DNA from: an uncultured bacterium
Lineage (GTDB): Bacteria > DYJV01
Length of the DNA: 64,000 nt
Direction: 5' to 3'
Assembly (NCBI GenBank): GCA_964543655.1
Contig: CAZIZE010000099.1
Span: 3,906 to 67,905 of the forward strand
Shown here piece after piece: positions 59,979 to 64,000 of the stretch. Under the pieces are notes generated by a model. The model made no database searches. It had not been told where the DNA came from and saw only the letters and a list, made by a program, of their open reading frames with translations. The translations under genes were made by a program, and so were the position numbers. How positions within the stretch are numbered: the stretch's first letter is position 1; each line of letters starts with the position of its first letter.

Positions 59979-62032
59979 TAATTCTCCTCATGCTCTATAC
60001 CAAGTGTAATTTTAAAATTTTTTGATTCTCCATATTTAGAATCAAATGGGAAAATAAGTGCAAAAGTGGAGCCTTGATAAATAGTGTCGTAAGCTTTTTC
60101 ACTTTTAGAAACAGAGTAAAAAGGGAATGAAAAAAGCCTAAAATCTTTATTAGATTTTACAATTAAAGTGCCTTTGATAACTTCATCAAATATTTTAAAT
60201 TCTGTTACTATGTTGCTTTCAAAATCTTCATTAATTTTAAAAATTTTATTGTTAATCTCAATAAAACTCCTTTTACTATTATGACCTGGAAAGAAAAAAT
60301 TTAACTCAACAATATGCAGAATATCAAAGTATAGAAAACTGTTATTAAAAGAGCTAATTTCAACATTGAGGTAACTATTGTCCAGTGAGTATTTTTTTTC
60401 AACATATATTGGAAAATTTTTGTTAAATAGGGTGATACTTCCATTACAATAAAAAGTTTGCTTTTCTTTTAAGTTGTAACTTTTTTTATGAAAGTCTGAT
60501 ATTATCTGAAATTTATTCATTTTATAATCTAATAGAGTAATTCCATTTGCAGCAAAAATATCAATAAATGAGTATTTTAAATATCTATCAAAAACTATAT
60601 GCTTTTTTATTTCCTCTGTAATTTCAAAATCTATCTCATGAATAGTTGCCACTTTTTCAACATTATTGCTTTTTGATTTTGGATTGAGAATATCGTTATG
60701 ATAAAACTCTTTTCTTCTGGTTAATGTGTTTAAAATATTAAAACATGATAATCTATCAGAAAATTCATACAATGCCCCTGAAAATTTTGATGAAATTGTA
60801 GCAGAGATTTTGCCATTTTTTAAAATTAATTCAGTAAAACCATCTTTATTAATGTCACAAACTTCAGCATTTTCTTCGGTTCCAATTATATTTTCTGCTT
60901 TATTTAAAGCAATGTATGCATTATCTCTTAAGTTTGGTAGGTATATACCTCCAAAAATACCGTGCCACAAACAGTCGTTGCATTGAGCCTGTAACAAAAA
61001 ATCAGTTGCTTTATCATTTACAGCTTTATTTTTTATTCTTTCACTAACATAGATTATTTTTTTCTGAATATTATTTGCTTCTTCATATTTTATTAAAAAA
61101 TTTTTCCATATCCCACCTCTGAGATATTTTTTTTCTCTATCAGTTAATTTAAATCTATTTTTAAAATTATCGATTTCTTCAATATATTCTGTAGTGTAAC
61201 TCCACTCTCCCATTTCATAGTAAGATACCTCAGGTATATATACCCTGCCTATAGGTTTATTTTTCAAAAAATATTCATTAAAAAGTTTTGTGTTGACTAT
61301 TTGGTTATTATCTAAAAGATAAAAAAACTCCTTTAGCCATCCATTTTCATAAACCCAATTATAAGTCTTTGGCCATAATCCAAATTTCTCTCCATCATCA
61401 AATAGTACACCAAATTTACTATTTTGAAAAAAACCTTTAATCTCATCTATATGCTTAAACGGTATTAAGTATCTCAATTTCTGGCTAATAGGAAATATTG
61501 AAAGCTTATTTCCAGAATCCTCTGTTACATAGTAGCCATTTAATGAATCTTCACTAAATCCAGCTGCAAAAAAATGATAATCATCAACTACTACATACTC
61601 AATGCCACAATTCACAAGGATTTTAATTATCTTATCTTCCCAAACCCTCTCTGTAAGCCACAAACCTTTTGGAGTTTGACCAAAATTATCAATAATGAAT
61701 TTATTCAACTTTTTAATCTGCAACTCTGCATCTTTTTCAGGAATCACAGCAAGTATTGGTTCATAAAAACCTGCTGTGAAAAATTCTACCTGGTTATTGT
61801 CAGATAGTTTTTTCAATAAGTTAAAAGTTGATTTATGATATTGTTTTAGCCATTTAAAAAGCCAGCCACTAAAATGAATATTAATTTTTATATTTTTGTA
61901 GTCTTTTAATGTGTTTAAAAAAGGGAGATAAGATTTTTCTGTTGCTTCTAAGACAACTTCATGAAAATTATTAACAGGTTGGTGGCAATGAATTCCAAAG
62001 AGTAATTCCAATCTAAACGCTCCAATACTCAA
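59978..62032 (-). CDS. Glycoside hydrolase family 57 enzyme (4-alpha-glucanotransferase-like)
   Basis: It has GH57 N-terminal motifs (GIHCHQP, FTAGFYEPIL) and a catalytic-region motif (WLTERVWE). It is 684 aa. Confidence 0.8.
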   Translation of the reverse strand: MSIGAFRLELLFGIHCHQPVNNFHEVVLEATEKSYLPFLNTLKDYKNIKINIHFSGWLFKWLKQYHKSTFNLLKKLSDNNQVEFFTAGFYEPILAVIPEKDAELQIKKLNKFIIDNFGQTPKGLWLTERVWEDKIIKILVNCGIEYVVVDDYHFFAAGFSEDSLNGYYVTEDSGNKLSIFPISQKLRYLIPFKHIDEIKGFFQNSKFGVLFDDGEKFGLWPKTYNWVYENGWLKEFFYLLDNNQIVNTKLFNEYFLKNKPIGRVYIPEVSYYEMGEWSYTTEYIEEIDNFKNRFKLTDREKKYLRGGIWKNFLIKYEEANNIQKKIIYVSERIKNKAVNDKATDFLLQAQCNDCLWHGIFGGIYLPNLRDNAYIALNKAENIIGTEENAEVCDINKDGFTELILKNGKISATISSKFSGALYEFSDRLSCFNILNTLTRRKEFYHNDILNPKSKSNNVEKVATIHEIDFEITEEIKKHIVFDRYLKYSFIDIFAANGITLLDYKMNKFQIISDFHKKSYNLKEKQTFYCNGSITLFNKNFPIYVEKKYSLDNSYLNVEISSFNNSFLYFDILHIVELNFFFPGHNSKRSFIEINNKIFKINEDFESNIVTEFKIFDEVIKGTLIVKSNKDFRLFSFPFYSVSKSEKAYDTIYQGSTFALIFPFDSKYGESKNFKITLGIEHEEN

Positions 62033-64000
62033 GATAGATATTTTTGGGTATTTTAATATTTACAGCAGATTCATAAGGTGCTCTTTCAATAATTTTATCA
62101 TTATTGATTAGCTCTAAAGTAATTTTTATCTCTCCACCCATATTTATTAATATGTCATTATATGGAATTGCTATTTCAATAACTTTATCACATGCCACTT
62201 CAATGTGATGAGGTTTTTCTAATCTATTTGCAAAGAATTTAATGTTATTTTTATCATAGTTGTAAATTATTTTATAATAGTGATGATTTTCCAAATTAAT
62301 TTCAAGTAAGTTACCTTTTAATGTATCTTTTGCATCACCTCGTGTATCAATTCGTAAAAAAAGGTTATCACTATTAAAACCAAAATATAATCTTGTAAAA
62401 TATCCATCACCATAGTGCATTGTTGAGCTATTTTGAGAAAGATAAAAAATCCCAGCAGATAGCCATTCAAGATAATTCTTTACCTGACCATCTATTACTG
62501 GATTAATAATATCAACAGGCTCTTTAAGAAATTCTGCTTTTAAATACTTTTTTATTGGTTGAAACACATTAAAAGGCACATCTTCATTTAAAAAAGAGTA
62601 AACATTTGCAATATGGCTTCTAAAGAGAGAATCAAATTTATCGCTCATTTCAGAATAAAAATCATCTCCATACCACCAGAACCAATCTGAGCCTTCTGCA
62701 ATTAGCAATTCCTTATATGCCATTTTAAAACTATCTTCTGAAACTGAATCTTTTTTCTGAAAAAGCACTTTTTTTGCATCAGCTACCATTTCCCATGCTC
62801 TATTCTCCTCAGGATGTCCAATCCATATGCCATAATTAGCATTTATCCATGAACCAGGATGTATATGTGTAAGCTCTCTACCACTATTTTGAGCATTTAA
62901 ATAATTTGAATATGTTGTCATAATCAGGCTTTGGTCATCTATAATTAAACTATAAATCTCTTTTAAAAATGGTACACCATTATCTCTATAAAACTCCCAT
63001 GCATTTTCACCATCAAGAATAATACTGATAATAGCATTTTCATCATTAATATCTGATTCAATTTTTTTTATTTTATTATAAAAGTCTTTTGCAGCATCTT
63101 TATAATCCCATTTTGAATAAATAAATCCTATGGCATTTGAAAGCTCTTTATCTCTGAAAAAAATATTAACTCCATTAAAGTTATAAGGGAAATATAGATC
63201 TTTTTTATTTAAATTTTTGTTAGACAAAAATAGTATATCCTCATCAGTGGCAACCCATTTTATATTATGCTCACTTATCATTAAAAGAGTATCATCACTT
63301 ACAGAGCCTTCAGATGGCCAAAACCCATTTGGATAAATAGAAAATATCTCTTTATACTTCTCCATACCAAATTTTATTTGATTGTAAGCATCATCTTTAA
63401 AGTTCTCAACAATTATAGGAAGTTGAATATCTGGCATGGCAATTTTAGCAATTGATGGGTCTATTAGTAAAGGTAAAATAGGATGAAAGTATGGTGATGT
63501 TGAAATTTCAATTTTGCCACTTAACTGCATATTTTTATATTTTGGCAAAATTTCACCTATAAATCTAAATAATTCTTCAACTAATTCAATTTTTTCAGAT
63601 TGATTAAAATTTTTGCCTTTATTGATTAATTTTTGAACAATATTAGATTTTTTTCTAATATAATACCCTGTCCATGATAATAGGTAAAGAACTTCAAGGT
63701 CAATAAAGTCTTGGAGGGAGAACACTGAATTATCTCTCTTTTTAGAGTATAATTCAAGGTATTTTGGAAACTTTTTAATCATATTATCATAATTTGCACA
63801 AAAAAGCTGCTTTAGTAAAAAATCTTTCTCATTTTCTGAAAGCAATCCCACATCTTTTTGTAAAATTTTCAAAAAATAATCAGAGTAGGGGACCTTTGAA
63901 TAATCTTCAATCTGTTCAAGTAAAGATGGAACAAAGTTGAAATTTAGTTGAATATTTTCAAAACCTTCAATTATTTCAATCATATCATAATAATCTTTAA
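62013..64000 (-). CDS. Glycoside hydrolase family 57 enzyme, second copy (N-terminus beyond window edge)
   Basis: It has GH57 motifs (NFVPSLLEQI, FWPSEGSVS). The frame stays open upstream of the listed Met to the window end, so it is probably 5'-truncated. Confidence 0.7.
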   Translation of the reverse strand, partial: KDYYDMIEIIEGFENIQLNFNFVPSLLEQIEDYSKVPYSDYFLKILQKDVGLLSENEKDFLLKQLFCANYDNMIKKFPKYLELYSKKRDNSVFSLQDFIDLEVLYLLSWTGYYIRKKSNIVQKLINKGKNFNQSEKIELVEELFRFIGEILPKYKNMQLSGKIEISTSPYFHPILPLLIDPSIAKIAMPDIQLPIIVENFKDDAYNQIKFGMEKYKEIFSIYPNGFWPSEGSVSDDTLLMISEHNIKWVATDEDILFLSNKNLNKKDLYFPYNFNGVNIFFRDKELSNAIGFIYSKWDYKDAAKDFYNKIKKIESDINDENAIISIILDGENAWEFYRDNGVPFLKEIYSLIIDDQSLIMTTYSNYLNAQNSGRELTHIHPGSWINANYGIWIGHPEENRAWEMVADAKKVLFQKKDSVSEDSFKMAYKELLIAEGSDWFWWYGDDFYSEMSDKFDSLFRSHIANVYSFLNEDVPFNVFQPIKKYLKAEFLKEPVDIINPVIDGQVKNYLEWLSAGIFYLSQNSSTMHYGDGYFTRLYFGFNSDNLFLRIDTRGDAKDTLKGNLLEINLENHHYYKIIYNYDKNNIKFFANRLEKPHHIEVACDKVIEIAIPYNDILINMGGEIKITLELINNDKIIERAPYESAVNIKIPKNIYLEYWSV

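Overview
The window is AT-rich (roughly 30% GC by eye, not computed), gene-dense bacterial chromosome with lysine-, isoleucine- and glutamate-rich proteins, suggesting a thermophile or another very low-GC lineage. It is almost entirely core housekeeping DNA; I found no transposase, integrase, CRISPR array, tRNA or rRNA.

Seven blocks make up the window.
- 1-15728 (+): a canonical dcw cell-wall/division cluster, ftsL(partial)-ftsI-murE-murF-mraY-murD-ftsW-murG-murC-murB-ddl-ftsQ-ftsA-ftsZ. Overlapping stop/start codons throughout suggest translational coupling.
- 15729-19756: a small island of a rubrerythrin-like ferritin-fold gene with its own promoter and terminator, birA, a convergent nucleotide-sugar dehydrogenase, one hypothetical and efp.
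- 19759-34690 (-): a co-directional run of 17 tightly packed genes. In order these are tgt, trpS, pncA, pncB, a membrane protein, a PAS-GGDEF cyclase, apt, a sigma-70-family factor, a degenerate LytM protein, a TIGR00725/LOG-like protein, pcm, a TrmH/RlmB-type methyltransferase, proS, an XRE-cupin regulator, a stand-alone Hpt, an FAD-linked oxidase and a GT2-TPR protein.
- 34788-40791 (+): a flagellar export/regulation block, flhB-flhA-flhF-flhG-fliA. flhB and flhA are each preceded by a near-consensus sigma-54 -24/-12 element.
- 40801-45361 (-): rmlC, a hybrid sensor kinase, galE and rmlA.
- 45654-48901 (+): a self-contained two-gene module, a secreted lipase-like alpha/beta hydrolase plus a FadL-family outer-membrane channel. 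It has its own sigma-70-like promoter and a clean intrinsic terminator.
- 49390-64000 (-): trmB, an RpoH-like sigma factor, a tmk-holB-ricT-DUF721(DciA-like)-mobAB operon, an orphan HlyD-type adaptor, pilD, a ROK glucokinase, dapL and a glycogen cluster (glgA plus two GH57 enzymes, the last truncated by the window edge).

The most notable points are: (i) the lipase-FadL module; (ii) a hybrid histidine kinase whose C-terminal Hpt domain has Asn in place of the phospho-accepting His, while an intact single-domain Hpt is encoded about 10 kb away; (iii) a 94-aa DUF721/DciA-like protein embedded in the replication operon; (iv) an FtsI with a C-terminal PASTA-like tail in an apparent diderm; (v) the two sigma-54 flagellar promoters. 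I did not find a convincing novel multi-gene defence or mobile system. The unexplained ORFs are single small hypotheticals.
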